A stretch of DNA of 64,000 nucleotides from Squalus acanthias (Eukaryota). The notes beneath the pieces were generated by a model. The model was given only the letters and a program-made list of their open reading frames with translations, did not search any database and was not told the DNA's origin. The stretch is from contig CM059432.1 in the NCBI GenBank assembly GCA_030390025.1, positions 141,796,001 to 141,860,000 on the forward strand, read 5' to 3'. The stretch's first letter is position 1; every line of letters begins with the position of its first letter. The position numbers and the translations under genes are program-made. Positions 24,698 through 38,274 of this stretch are shown in pieces.

Positions 24698-26296
24698 CCT
24701 CCTCTGTACCCTTTCTAAGGCCATTGCATCTCTCCTGAAGTGTGGTGCCCAGCATTGTCCACAATACTCCAACTGAGGCCTAACCAGTGATTCATAAAGT
24801 CCGAGCATGATCTCTTGCTTTTATAATCTAGGCCTCTATTTATAAACCCAAGTAACCCATATGCTTTTTTAACCACCTTATCAACTTGCCCTGCCACCTT
24901 TAAGGATTTGTGTATATGGACACCAAGGTCTCTCTGCTCATCTACACTTTTCAAAGCTCAAATCGTGTGGAAATGATAGAAAGTGCAGCCCATGAGTGCC
25001 AAACTCTGGCGATCTGGCCTCTGAAGCGCAGATGACTCAGTCCTAGTTACACTTATATTATTTGCTGGTTTGTCCGGTTTGAATTTTGTGAGTTTGAGGG
25101 GTTTGGAAAGGGGCAGTTTTCAAACCTTCAACCTGAAGGAATTCAAATAGGTCTCAGCATCAGGAATTGAGATATATGCAAATTAATGGGAATCTGGGTT
25201 TAAACTCTGCATGTGACCCATGAAATTAAAAGCTTGGCTGCCCCAGGTTTAACAGACTACACAGTGAAAATAATAGACTACCCGCTTCTGATAACGGAGG
25301 TTGGTGAAATTTAAATTGGAGCACAAATGCCGTATGAATTAGCTTTGACCATAAGCAATCGCATTCTGTCACCACCTATAACTTTTTGAACTGCACGTGT
25401 AAACCACAAATGATAGAACCAACGTATTTCAACAAAGTATTTGTAGGCACCTTACAGCTTGCAGATAAGATTTGTACTCATCTTGTGGCTTTGAATACTT
25501 TATACAAACAGCGCTAAAGAGAGAATGATACTCCCAGATGAAATGTTTGAGTGCTTTTCGGAAGCTATATATCATTACAAGATGTGCTTGCATGGCCTTC
25601 GACAAGATTAAGTATGCTTCGTTTCCCCCCCATTCTATCTGCTTAGTTAATTGCTCAATACTGTGATAATATTTATTCTGGAGTTCACTAGAACTGTCAA
25701 ATATTTCCTATTGCAAATAATAATGAATCCTGTTGATTTAATCAGACTTTGCTTCTAACCACTGAACTTCACTTAAAAGCTTCTAACAACAAATGAAAGA
25801 GGCCCGGGGTGCCTGCCAGAAATAGAAGCCCAGTGGGAACTGCATTTGAGACTGACTACTGTACATGCTTATTGAATGTACATGCTTATTGTTTTTTTAG
25901 GTCACAACACGTAAACTGGTCTCCTCTGTCTGCTGGCTGCCAGGGTCCTATGTAAACGGAGTACAGTAGTCAGTCTCAAATGCAGTTCCCACTGGGCAAT
26001 GGCCCACAGCACAAACCTCCACCCAATTTGACACCAATTGGTAATCTCGCTGAGAGATCAGGCTGGGCAGCTGGTGTAGAAAAGCTGGGGAATGGGCGCT
26101 CTTTCAAGACAGGGGCTGAGCAACAGAGTTGTAGCAAAGTAGAAATGTGGCTTGGCACATCTACAAGCCTGCAGCACACACTCGTATTGTAGCCAAAGGG
26201 CAGCAACATTATCTTCTCTACAGCGGTTACCTGGAATGGTGGTGACTCTGAGCTATGAGAAAAAGCTGACACTGATAACTATCGGAGAGAAGGTTA

Positions 26297-29200
26297 AAAG
26301 GGAGAGGGGGGAGAGAGGGGGGGGGGGCGGGCGGCGAGGGGGGGGGGGCGGGCGAGGGGGGTGGCGGGCGGCGGAGGCCGGGGGGGGGGGGGGGGAAAGA
26401 GAGAGCGAGCGAGAGGGAGGGAGGGGGGAGCGAGCGAGCGAGCGAGCGGGAGGGAGGGAGGGAGGGGGGAGCGAGCGGGAGGGAGGGAGGGAGGGAGGGG
26501 GGAGCGAGCGAGCGGGAGGGAGGGGGGAGCGAGCGGGAGGGAGGGAGGGAGCGCAGCGGGAGGGAGGGAGGGAGCGCAGCGGGATGGAGGGGGGAGGGAG
26601 GACGGGAGGGAGGGGGGAGGGAGCGGGAGGGAGGGGGGAGGAGGGGGAGGGAGGGGGGAGGGAGGGGGGAGGGAGGGAGGGAGGGAGGGGGGAGGAGGGG
26701 GGAGGGAGGGGGAGGGAGGGGGAGGGAGGAGGGGAGGGAGGGGAGGGAGTGGGGAGGGAGCGGGGAGGGAGGGGGGGAGGGAGCGGGAGGGAGGGGGGAG
26801 GAGCGGGAGGGAGGGGGAGGGAGGGGGGAGGGAGCGGGAGGAGGGAGGGGGGAGGGAGCGGGAGGAGGGGGGAGGGAGCGGGAGGGAGGGGGGAGGGAGC
26901 GGGAGGGAGGGGGGAAGGGAGCGGGAGGGAGGGGGGAGGGAGCGGGAGGGAGGGGGGAGGGGAGCGGGAGGGAGGGGGAGGGAGCGGGAGGGAGGGGGGG
27001 AGGGAGCGGGAGGGAGGGGAGGGCGAGCAGAGGGAGGGGGGAGGGAGCGAGAGGGAGGGGGGAGGGAGCGAGAGGGAGGGGGGAGGGAGCGAGAGGGAGG
27101 GGGAGGGAGCGAGAGGGAGGGGGGAGGGAGCGAGAGGGAGGGGGGAGGGAGCGAGAGGGAGGGGGGAGGGAGCGAGAGGGAGGGGGGAGGGGAGAGAGAG
27201 GGAGGGGGGAGGAGCGAGAGGGAGGGGGGAGGGAGCGAGAGGGAGGGGGGAGGGGGCGACGAGGGGAGGGGGGAGGGGGCGAGAGGGAGGGGGGAGGGGG
27301 CGAGAGGGAGGGGGGAGGGGGCGAGAGAGGAGGGGGGAGGGGCGAGAGGGAGGGGGAGGGGGCGAGAGGGAGGGGCGAGAGGGAGGGGGGAGGGCGAGAG
27401 GGAGGGGGGAGGGGGGCGAGAGAGGGAGGGGGGAGGGCGAGAGGGAGGGGGGAGGGCGAGAGGGAGGGGGGAGGGGGCGAGAGGGAGGGGGGGAGGGGGC
27501 GAGAGGGAGGGGGGAGGGGGCGAGAGGGAGGGGGAGGGGGGCGAGAGGGAGGGGGGAGGGGGAGGGGGCGAGAGGGGTCGGGGGAGGGGGCGAGAGGGAG
27601 GGGGGAGGGGGCGAGAGGGAGGGGGGGGGGGGCGAGAGGGAGGGGGGAGGGGGCGGCGAGAGGGAGGGGGAGGGGCGGCGAGAGGGAGGGGGGGGAGGGG
27701 CGAGAGGGAGGGGGGGAGGGGGCGGAGAGGGAGGGGGGGGGGGGCGAGAGGGAGGGGGGAGGGGGCGAGAGGGAGGGGGAGGGGGCGAGAGGGAGGGGGG
27801 AGGGGGCGGAGAGGGAGGGGGGAGGGGCGAGAGGGAGGGGGGAGGGGGCGAGAGAGAGGGAGGGGGGAGGGGGCGAGAGGGGGGGGAGGGGGCGAGGGAG
27901 GGGGAGGGGGGGAGGGAGGGGGGAGGGGGGCGAGAGGGAGGGGGGAGGGGGCGAGAGGGAGGGGGGAGGGGGCGAGAGGGAGGGGGGAGGGGCGAGAGGG
28001 AGGGGGGAGGGGGCGAGAGGGAGGGGGAGAGGGGCGAGAGGGAGGGGGGAGGGGGAGAGGGAGGGTGGAGGGGTGCGAGAGGGAGGGGGAGGGGGCGAGA
28101 GGAGGGGGGTGAGGGGCGAGAGGGAGGGGGAGAGCGGGCGGCGAGAGGGAGGGGGGAGGGGCGAGAGAGGGAGGGGGCGAGGGGGCGAGGCGAGTGAGAG
28201 GGAGGGGGGAAGGGGGCGAGAGAGGGAGGGGGGGGGAAGGGGGGCGAGAGAGGGAGGGGGGAGGGGGCGACGCGGGAGGGGGGACGGGGGCGAGAGGGAG
28301 GGGGAGGGGGGCGAGAGACGAGGGAGGGGGGAGGGGGCGAGAGGGAGGGGGTGAGGGGCGAAGAGGGATGGGGGAGGGGGCGAGCAGGGAGGGGGGAGGG
28401 GGCGAGGAGTGGAGGGGGAGGGAGCGACGAGGGAGGGGGGAGGGAGCGAGAGGAGGGGGAGGGGAGCGAGAGGGAGGGGGGAGGGAGCCGAGAGGGAGGG
28501 GGGCAGGGAGCGAGGGCGAGGGGGGAGGAGCGAGAGGGAGGGGGGAGGGAGCGAGAGGGAGGGGGGAGGGAGCGAGAGGGAGGGGGGGAGGGAGCGAGAG
28601 GGAGGGGGGAGGGAGCGAGAGGGAGGGGGGAGGGAGCGAGAGGGAGGGGGGAGGGAGCGAGAGGGAGGGGGGAGGGAGCGAGAGGGAGGGGGGAGGGAGC
28701 GAGAGGGAGGGGGGAGGGAGCGAGAGGAGGGGGGAGGGAGCGAGAGGGAGGGGGGAGGGAGCGAGAGGGAGGGGGGAGGGAGCGAGAGGGAGGGGGGAGG
28801 GAGCGAGAGGGAGGGGGAGGGAGCGAGAGGGAGGGGGGAGGGAGCGAGAGGGAGGGGGAGGGAGCGAGAGGGAGGGGGGAGGGAGCGAGAGGAGGGGGGA
28901 GGGAGCGAGAGGGAGGGGGGAGGGAGCGAGAGGGAGGGGGGAGGGAGCGAGAGGGAGGGGGGAGGGAGCGAGAGGGAGGGGGGAGGGAGCGAGAGGGAGG
29001 GGGGAGCGAGCGAGAGGGAGGGGGGAGCGAGCGGAGGGAGGGAGGGGGAGCGAGCGAGAGGGAGGGAGGGGGGAGCGAGCGAGAGGGGGGAGGGAGCGAG
29101 AGGGGGGAGGGAGCGAGAGGGGGGAGGGAGCGAGAGGGGGGAGGGAGCGAGAGGGGGGAGGGAGCGAGAGGGGGGAGGGAGCGAGAGGGGGGAGGGAGCG

Positions 29201-30030
29201 AGAGGGGGGAGGGAGCGAGAGGGGGGAGGGAGCGAGAGGGGGAGGGAGCGAGAGGGGGGAGGGAGCGAGAGGGGGGAGGGAGCGAGAGGGGGGAGGGAGC
29301 GAGAGGGGGGAGGGAGCGAGAGGGGGGAGGGAGCGAGAGGGGGGAGGGAGCGAGAGGGGGGAGGGAGCGAGAGGGGGGAGGAGCGAGAGGGGGGAGGGAG
29401 CGAGAGGGGGGAGGGAGCGAGAGGGGGGAGGGAGCGAGAGGGGGGAGGGAGCGAGAGGGGGGAGGGAGCGAGAGGGGGGAGGGAGCGAGAGGGGGGAGGG
29501 AGCGAGAGGGGGGAGGGAGCGAGAGGGGGGAGGGAGCGAGAGGGGGGAGGGAGCGAGAGGGGGGAGGGAGCGAGAGGGGGAGGGAGCGAGAGGGGGGAGG
29601 GAGCGAGAGGGGGGAGGGAGCGAGAGGGGGGAGGGAGCGAGAGGGGGGAGGGAGCGAGAGGGGGGAGGGAGCGAGAGGGGGGAGGGAGCGAGAGGGGGAG
29701 GGAGCGAGAGGGGGGAGGGAGCGAGAGGGGGGAGGGAGCGAGAGGGGGGAGGGAGCGAGAGGGGGGAGGGAGCGAGAGGGGGGAGGGAGCGAGAGGGGGG
29801 AGGGAGCGAGAGGGGGGAGGGAGCGAGAGGGGGGAGGGAGCGAGAGGGGGGAGGGAGCGAGAGGGGGGAGGGAGCGAGAGGGGGGAGGGAGCGAGAGGGG
29901 GGAGGGAGCGAGAGGGGGGAGGGAGCGAGAGGGGGGAGGGAGCGAGAGGGGGGAGGGAGCGAGAGGGGGGAGCGAGCGAGAGGGGGGAGCGAGCGAGAGG
30001 GGGGAGCGAGCGAGAGGGGGGAGCGAGCGA
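26297..30030. repeat. G-rich polypurine tandem/low-complexity array (GGGA-based; 21-bp then 17-bp GAGAGGGGGGAGGGAGC units)
   Basis: About 3.7 kb with almost no T on the + strand. Confidence 0.97.
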
Positions 30031-30536
30031 ATGAGAAACGAGTTATTGAAACTAGGGAATGAGAAACAGAGGGTGGGAAGAGGGAATGAGAAACAGAGGG
30101 TGGAAGAGAGGGAATGAGAAACAGAGGGGGGGAAGAGAGGGAATGAGAAACAGAGGGGGGGAAGAGAGGGAATGAGAAACAGGGGGGGGAAGAGAGGGAA
30201 TGAGAAACAGAGGGGGGGAAGAGAGAGGGAATGAGAAACAGAGGGCGGAAGAGAGAGGGAATGAGAAACAGAGGGGGAAGAGAGAGGGAATGAGAAACAG
30301 AGGGGGAAGAGAGAGGGAATGAGAAACAGAGGGGGAAGAGAGAGGGAATGAGAAACGGGGGTAGAGAGAGGGAATGAGAAACGGGGGTAGAGAGAGGGAA
30401 TGAGAAACAGAGGAGGGTAGAGAGAGGGAATGAGAAACAGAGGGGGGAAGGGAAAGGGAATGAGAAACAGAGGGGGGGAGGAGAGAGGGAATGAGAAACA
30501 GAGGGGGGGGGGGAAGAGAAGAGGGAATGAGAAACA
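30031..30536. repeat. Minisatellite, ~29-bp unit GGGAATGAGAAACAGAGGGGGGAAGAGA
   Basis: Directly visible tandem array, about 17 copies. Confidence 0.95.
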
Positions 30537-30663
30537 ACAACAACTTGTATTTTTATAGCGCCATTAATGTCGTAAAACATCCCGGGGGTTGGGTGGGTGG
30601 CGGGGTGGGGGTGTAGCGAGGGAATGAGAAACAGAGAGGGAATGAGAGACAAACATATGTATT

Positions 30664-31403
30664 GGGCCGAAAATTGATCCCAGGACGCGAGAGTACGCAC
30701 TGCGTACTCTCGCGTATTCCCACTCCAATTGCCGGTTTTCTGCATGCCCTGCGCATGCGCTGAAAACCAGCAATTGCTCTTCCGAAAAGGGGGCGGGGCC
30801 TGGGTGCATCGCGTGCGCGCTACAGGCTGCGCGCACGCTGTGCACTTCATGCTTTGGACGCGCAGGTAAGTAGGGAAGATTTTGGAAATGTAAAAAGGAG
30901 TAAGACCCGCTTTTAAGAAGGTAAGTAGTGAATTAAGTATTTTTTTGAATTTTTTTTTACAGGTATATCTTTTTTATAGACTTTAAAGACAGGTAAGTTT
31001 ATTTTTATAACTTTTTAAAAGATTTTAAATTTTTTCAAAAATTTAATTTTTTATTTAAAATGGTTAATTTAATTAACTATACTTATTTTATTAATGTGAT
31101 GGTTTTTTTTTTAATTTAATTGAGGTTTAGCTGTTATTTTGGGGGGGTGTAAGATTCATAAGTCTCACAGCCATGCTGTGAGACTTATGAATGGAAGATG
31201 GTGTGCTGCCATTGGCTCTAACTGAGTCACGTGATCCCACAGCGCGCACGAATTCACTACGCCGCTGGGATACGCAAGCCCAGCACAGCTGATGTCTGGA
31301 ACATCAAGTTCGTGCGAGCTGGATCAGAAAAAGCATAAGCGAGGTGAGACATCGCGGGGAAGGCTTACCCCCGCGGGAACAGAGCGAGATCAATTTCTGG
31401 GCC
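30664..31403. mobile_element. Non-autonomous TIR element (MITE)
   Basis: Imperfect TIRs GGGCCGAAAATTGATC ... GATCAATTTCTGGGCC; CpG-rich ends, AT-rich core. Confidence 0.65.
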
Positions 31404-31934
31404 AATATATACACTATATATTTGTGCGTATAAATAATCGCTCGCTTCAATCAGGAATAGAACATTCTGCAACAGAACAAAAATAAAGCTGCAACAAAGA
31501 ATAATCTACGAATAATGGAAACCCGAGACAAAAACATAACTGCAAGATGCTCGATTTCCAATAGTTTTACTGTCATAAAACCATCTGAGGTTGCTTTGTA
31601 GATTCACGTGATGGTTTTTCTAGCTGTTCTAACTGGAAGAGTATTACAAAATATTTAAGACCGACTCCAATGTGACCACAGACATGCTCCAGCAACTGAT
31701 ATGGACCTAGGCCAGAGAAGATTTGCATCCAAGAAGGCAGAGAGCCAAGGTAATGTGAAAAACATAACACTAAATGCCAGTAATCTGGCACTACTGGTGA
31801 TGGTATTAATGGTTCCATTTAACAACAATGTGGTTTAAGTTAGTAATGGAACTGGATTGTTCCGGATCATAATCTTTCAGGTGGAAACAGGTATAAGCTT
31901 GGAGTCTGAAGCAATTGTTTCATGTATCCTTTAC

Positions 31935-32652
31935 GGGGACCTGGGTGCCCTGGTACACGAATCACTGAAAGTTCACATGCAGGTACAGAAAGCAATTAGG
32001 AAAGCAAATGGTATGTTGGCCTTTATTACAAGTGGATTTGAGTATAAGAGTAAAGACGTCTTACTGCAATTATATAGGGCCCTGGTGAGACCACACCTGG
32101 AGTATTGTGTACAGTTCTGGTCTCCTTACCCAAGTAAGAATATACTTGCCATAGAGGGAGCGCAACAAAGGTTCACCAGACTGGTTTCTGGGATGGGGTG
32201 ATTGTCCTATGAGGAGAGATTGAGTAGACGAGGCCTATATTCTCTGGAGTTTAGAAGAATGAGAGGTGATCTCATTGAAACATACAAAATTCTTACAGGG
32301 CTTGACAGTGTAGATGCAGGGAGGATGTTTCCCCTGGCTGGGGAGTCTAGAACCAGGGGTCACAGTCTCAGAATAAGGGGTCGGTCATTTCGGACTGAGA
32401 TGAGGAGAAATTTCTTCACTCAGAGGGTGGTGAATCTTTGGAATTCTCTACCCCAGAGGGCTGTGGAGGCTCAGTCGTTGAATATATTCAAGACAGAGAT
32501 CGATAGATTTTTGAATATTAAGGGATTAAGGGATATGGGGATAGTGCAGGAAAGTGGAGATGAGGTGGAAGATCAGCCATGATCTTATTGAATGGTAGAG
32601 CAGGCTTGAAGGGCCAAATGGCCTACTCCTGCTTCTATTTCTTATGTTCTTG
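31935..32652 (+). mobile_element. CR1 LINE 3' fragment
   Basis: DLGALVHESLKV...[19 protein letters not shown]...NFFTQRVVNLWNSLPQ; TTCTTATGTTCTT tail. Confidence 0.9.
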
Positions 32653-33022
32653 TAGCATGGTTAGCTGCAAGTCATTCTTAAATAACACACTCTTTGGCTA
32701 AACGGTAAAATCTAGCACAGTTATATTACTACAGGTTCTTCTACAAACACTACATATTTCAACAATACTGCACGACGACAGGCCTGCACTGCACCGCGAT
32801 GAGCAGTTATATAGCACTTTTAACATAGAAAAAAGTCGCAAGGCGTTTCATAGGGTCATGAGGTAAATGGATGTTGAGCCAAAGGAGGAGGAGATCAGAA
32901 AGGGTGACCAAAAGCTTGGTCAAAGATGTGGGTTTTTAAAGAGGGTCTTAGAAGAGGATAAGAAGTGGAGGCGCAGCGGAATTTAGGGAGGGATTTCCAG
33001 TGAGTGGGATAAATAACCAGTT

Positions 33023-35128
33023 TACATAGAAGATAGGAGCAGGAGCAGGCCATTCAGCCCCTCGAGCCTGCTCCGCCATTCAATGAGATCATGGCTGATC
33101 ATCCAAATTCAGTACCCTGTCCCTGCCTTCTCCCCATATCCCTTGATCCCTTTAGCTTTAAGAAATATATCTAACTCCTTCTTGAATATATTTAGTGAAT
33201 TGGCCTCTACTGCCTTCTGTGGTAGAGAATTCCACAGGTTCACCACTCTCTGGGTGAAGAAATTCCTCCTCATCTCTGTCCTAAATGGCTTACCCCTTAT
33301 CCTTAGACTGTGACCCCTGATTCTGGACTCCCTGACCATCGGGAACATCTTTCCTGCATCTAGTCTGTCTAGTCCTGTTAGAATTTTATAAGTTTCAATG
33401 AGATCCCCTCTCATTCTTCTAAACTCCAGCGAATATAAGCCTAATCGACCCAATCTCTCCTCATACGTCATTCCTGCCATCCCAGGTATCAGCCTGGTGA
33501 ATCTTCGCTGCACTCCCTCCATGGCAAGAACATCCTTCCTCAGATAAGGCGACCAAAACTGCACACAATACTCAAGGTGTGGTCTCACCAAGGCCCTGTA
33601 CAACTGCAGCAAGACATCCTTGTTCCTGTACTCAAACCCTCTCGCTACGAAGGCCAACATACCATTTGTCTTCTTAACCGCCTGCTGCACCTGCATACTT
33701 ACCTTCAGCGACTGGTGCACAAGGACACCCAGGTCTCGTTGCACTTCCCCTTCTCCCAATCTATTGCCATTCAGATAATAATCTGCCTTCCTGTTTTTGA
33801 CACCAAAGTGGATAACCTCGCATTTATCCACATTATATTGCATCTGCCATGCTTCTGCCCAATCACCCAACCTGTCCAAATCATCCTGGAGTTTCTCAGC
33901 GTCCTCCTCACGGCACACACTCCCACCCAGCTTTGTGTCGTCTGCAAACTTGGAGATATTACATCCAATTCCCTCATCTGGATCATTAATATATATTGTG
34001 AATAGCTGGGGTCCAAGGACCGATCCCTGCGGTACCCCACTAGTCACTGCCTGCCACTCAGAAAAAGACCCATTTATTCCAACTCTTTGCTTCCTGTCTG
34101 CCAACCAGTTCTCTATCCAAGTCAGTACCTTACCCCCAATCCCATGTGCTTTAACTTTGCACGCTAATCTCTTATGCGGGACCTTATCGAAAGCCTTCTG
34201 AAAGTCCAAATACACCACATCTACTGGTTCTCCCTTATCTATTTTACCAGTTACATCCTCAAAAAATTCCAGTAGATTAGTCAAGCACGATTTACCTTTT
34301 GTAAATCCATGTCGACTTTGTCCGATCCGGTCACTGTTTTCCAAGTGCTCTGCTATTGCAAAATTTATAATGGACTCTAGCATTTTCCCCACTACCGATG
34401 TCAGGCTTATCAGTCTATAATTCCCCGTTTTCTCTCTACCACCTTTTTTGAATAGTGGGGTAACATTAGCTACCCTCCAATCCATTGGTACTGTTCCAGA
34501 GTCTACAGAATTTTGGAAGATGACCAGCAATGCATCTACTATTTCTAGGGCCACTTCCTTAAGTACCCTAGGATGTAGATTATCAGGCCCTGGGGATTTA
34601 TCAGCCTTCAATCCCGTCAATTTCCCTAACACTATTTCCCTACAAATACTGATTTCTTTCAGTTCCTCCCTCTCATTAGACCCTATGTTCCCCGACATCT
34701 CTGGGAAGTTATTTGTGTCCTCCTTTGTGAAGCCAGAACCAAAGTATGTATTTAATTGGTCTGCCATTTCTTTGTTCCCCATTATAAATTCCCCTGATTC
34801 TGACTGCAAGGGACCTATGCTTGACTTCACCAATCTTTTTCTCCTCACATATCTATAAAAGCTTTGAGTCAGTTTTTATGTTCCCTGAAAGCGTACTCTC
34901 ATACTCTATTTTCCCCCTCTTAATTAATCCCTTTGTCCTTCGTTGCTGAATCCTATACTGCTCCCAATCCTCAGGTTTTCTGCTTTTTCTGGCCAATTTA
35001 TAGGTCTTCTCCTTGGATCTTATGCTATCCCTAATTTCCTTTGTTAGCCACGGTTGAGTCACCTTTTTTGTTTTATTTTTATGCCAAACTGGGATGAACA
35101 AATTCTGTAGTTCATTCATGCGGTCTTT
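33023..35128 (-). mobile_element. CR1 LINE, 5'-truncated, with an uninterrupted RT reading frame (33109-34848)
   Basis: 579-codon ORF with [27 protein letters not shown] and the complete C-terminus. Confidence 0.93.
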
Positions 35129-35699
35129 GTGTGAGCAAGATGGACTGAGCCTCAGTCACAGCAACCAAATTATTTGGCCAGACATAACATGACATTCTGG
35201 CTTCCTCCATAATGCAAAGCACTACTGCATGCATCAAGCCATGAGCAGACTCCACCATGAAGATGCACAGCACTCCTCCAAGTTGCAAAAGTCAAAACAA
35301 TTCAGCTAAACCTAGTGCCACACTTTGTAGTTGCCTCGATCCAGCAACCCCATGTTGCGATATCTACACTGCTTCTCCAAGCATAAAATGTAGCATAGCG
35401 ATCCTAAACCAGAGTTAAATAAATAAAAGTCTTGCATATTGTGCATGCCTGTGTCTGTAACACCTCGGGCATTACCTTTTTGACAAGCAAATTTTTGTGC
35501 AACGCTCCACCTAATAGTTTCAAATTTTAGATTTAGAATATGGCCACAAATCAGAACTGAGCAGGTAGGGAACATATAGGAACACGCGTAGGTCATGCAG
35601 CCCATCAAACCTGTTCCGCCATTTAATTACATAGAATTATATAAAATATACAACGCAGAAACAGGCCATTCGGCCCAACTAGTCTGTGCTGGTGTTTAC

Positions 35700-35701
<2 letters not shown>

Positions 35702-35771
<70 letters not shown>
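35702..35771. repeat. (CA)n microsatellite, ~35 units
   Basis: Directly visible. Confidence 0.98.
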
Positions 35772-35774
<3 letters not shown>

Positions 35775-35794
35775 TCTCCTCCCATTCCATCTGC

Positions 35795-38128
35795 CTCAGA
35801 GTCATAATGGCACAGGAGACCATTCGGCCCATCGAGTCCGTGCCGACTCTCTGTAGAGCAATCCAGTCAGTCCCATTCCCCTGCTCTATCCCTGGAGCCC
35901 TGCAAGTTTATTTCCCTCAAATGCCTGTTCAGTCTCCCCTTGAAAACATTGAGTGTGTCCACTTCCACCACTTCCGTTGGCGGCGAGTTCCAGGTCCTCA
36001 CCACTCGCTGCGTAAAAAAGTTTCCCCTCACATCCCCCCTGTATCTCTTGCCCAAAACCTTAAATCTGTGTCCCCTAGTCCTTGTACCATCAACTAGTGG
36101 GAACAGCCTTTCCCCGTCTAGCCTATCCAAACCCGTCATAATCTTGTACACCTCTATCAAATCACCCCTCAACCTCCTTTGCTCTAATGAAAACAAATCC
36201 AGTTTCTCCAATCTTTCCTTGTAGCTAAGATCCCCCATCCCCGGAACCATTCTGGTAAATCTCCTCTGCACCCTCTCAAGGGCCTTCACATCCTTCCTAA
36301 AGTGTGGTGACCAGAACTGGACGCAATACTCCAGTTGTGGCCTGATCAGCGCTTTATAAAAGGTTCAGCATAACTTCTCTACTTTTGTACTCAATACCTA
36401 TTTATGAAACCCAAGATCCCATATGCTTTGCTAATCACACTCTCAATATGTCCTGCCACCTTCAGGTACCTATGCAACATTAACTCCCAGGTCCCTCTGT
36501 CCCTGCACACTCTTTAAAACTGTGCCATTAAGTGTATATTGCCTCTCCCTGTTCCTTCTGCCAAAATGCATCACCTCACACTTCTCTGTATTAAATTCCA
36601 TCTGCCACTTGTCTGCCCATTCTGCTAGCCTTTCTATGTCCTGTTGCAGTCGATTGGTATCATCCTCACTGTGCCACAACCCCAAGTTTGGTGTCATTGG
36701 CAAATTTAGAAATTCTACTTTGTATTCCAATATCCAGGTCATTTATATATATCAAAAAAAGCAGTGGCCCCAGCACTGACCCTTGGGGAACACCACGGTC
36801 TACCATCCTCCAGTCTGAAAAACAGCCATTTACCACAACTCGCTGTTTTCTGTCCTTAAGCCAATTCCTTATCCAAGCTGCCACTGACCCACCTATTCCA
36901 TGAGCCTCAATTTTGTTAACCAGCCTTCTATGTGGTACTTTGTCAAACGCCTTCCTAAAATCCATGTAGACAACATCCATTGTATTCCCTTCATCGATCC
37001 TCCCTGTTACTTCATCAAAAAATTCAATTAGATTAGTCAAACACGATCTGCCTTTTACAAATCCGTGTTGGCTCTCCTTAATTAGCTTAAACCTCTCCAA
37101 GTGCCCGTTAATTTTTTTCTTGATTATTGTTTCTAAAACTTTACCCACCATTGGTGTTAAACTGACCAGCCTGTAGTTACTATGATTGTCCTTGCACCCT
37201 TTCTTGAACAATGGTGTCACATTTGCCATTTTCCAATCCTCAGGCACCTCCCCCGCATCTAGGGAAGGCTGGAAAATTATGGCAAGCCCTTCCGCTATCT
37301 CCTCCCCCAATTCCCTTAGCAATCTGGGATGCAAGCCATCTGGACCAGGTGACTTATCCACTCTAAGCATACCTAGCCTTTCTAGTACATCCTGTCTATC
37401 AATTTTCACCCCTTCCATTGCTTCTACCTTTTGCTTCGATATTTTGTCAGCATCCACCTCCTTAGTAAACACCGATACAAAGTACTCATTGAGTATTCTA
37501 GTCTTGCCCTGCGCCTCTAAGCATATAACACCATATAATAGGCCCCAACCTGCCTCTTACTACCCGCTTACTGTTTACATGCCGGTCAAAGATTTTTGGG
37601 TTCCCTTTTATGTTAACTGTCATGCTACTCTCATATTCTCTCTTTGCCAATCTTATTTTCATCTTCCCTTCCCCTCTCAACTTACTGTATTTGGTCTGGT
37701 TCTCCCTTGAAGAATTCACCTGACATGCATCATACGCCCTCTTTTTTTGTTTCATCATCTTCTCTATCTCCCTCGTCATCCAAGGAGCCCTTGCTTTGGT
37801 TCCCTTACCCTTCCCCCTTGTTGGAATGTACCTAGCCTGTACTTGGAACGTCTCCTTAAAGATCACCCATTGTTCCGTCACAGTTTTTCCTGTCAGTCTT
37901 TGGTTCCATTTTACCCATGCTAGATCCTTTCACATCCCATTGAAGTTAGCCCTATTCCAGTTTAGAAGTTCCACTCCAGATAGTTCCTTGCTCCTCTCCA
38001 TTGCTAATCTAAATCTTATGATATAATGATCACTCGTACCCAAGTGTTCTTCCACAGACACTTGGTCGACCTGGCCCACCTCATTCCCCAGCACCGGATC
38101 CAGCAATGCCTCCTTCCTAGTTGGGCCA
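35795..38128 (-). mobile_element. CR1 LINE fragment (late endonuclease to 3' end), frameshifted
   Basis: [48 protein letters not shown]. Confidence 0.9.
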
Positions 38129-38274
38129 TCTCAGCCTTTCAGCTTACCTTTCTATTTCCTTTTCTCTCATGTACTCATCTAGTTTCCTTTTGAAGGCATC
38201 TAAGCTATTTGCCTCAACCACTTCCTGTGGTAGCGAGTCACATATGTTGTTTTAACATAGTTTATAGATAAGTT

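Larger units (their letters stand above)
22313..24955 (-). mobile_element. CR1 LINE 3' fragment hosting a MITE and an RTE insertion
   Basis: QRDLGVHIHKSLKVAGQVDKVVKKAYG... through to the 3' tail; colinear across both insertions. Confidence 0.85.

Noticed and set aside
24698..24764. N-terminus MWTMLGTTLQERC of the 576-aa ORF as a CR1-RTE fusion protein
   Set aside because: Chance read-through from flanking CR1 sequence in a non-native frame, beyond the RTE TSD.
26152..30850. Very long ORFs (up to 1518 aa; G/R/E-rich or P/S/L-rich)
   Set aside because: They arise from a low-complexity repeat lacking stop codons; several frames are open at once and there is no domain content.
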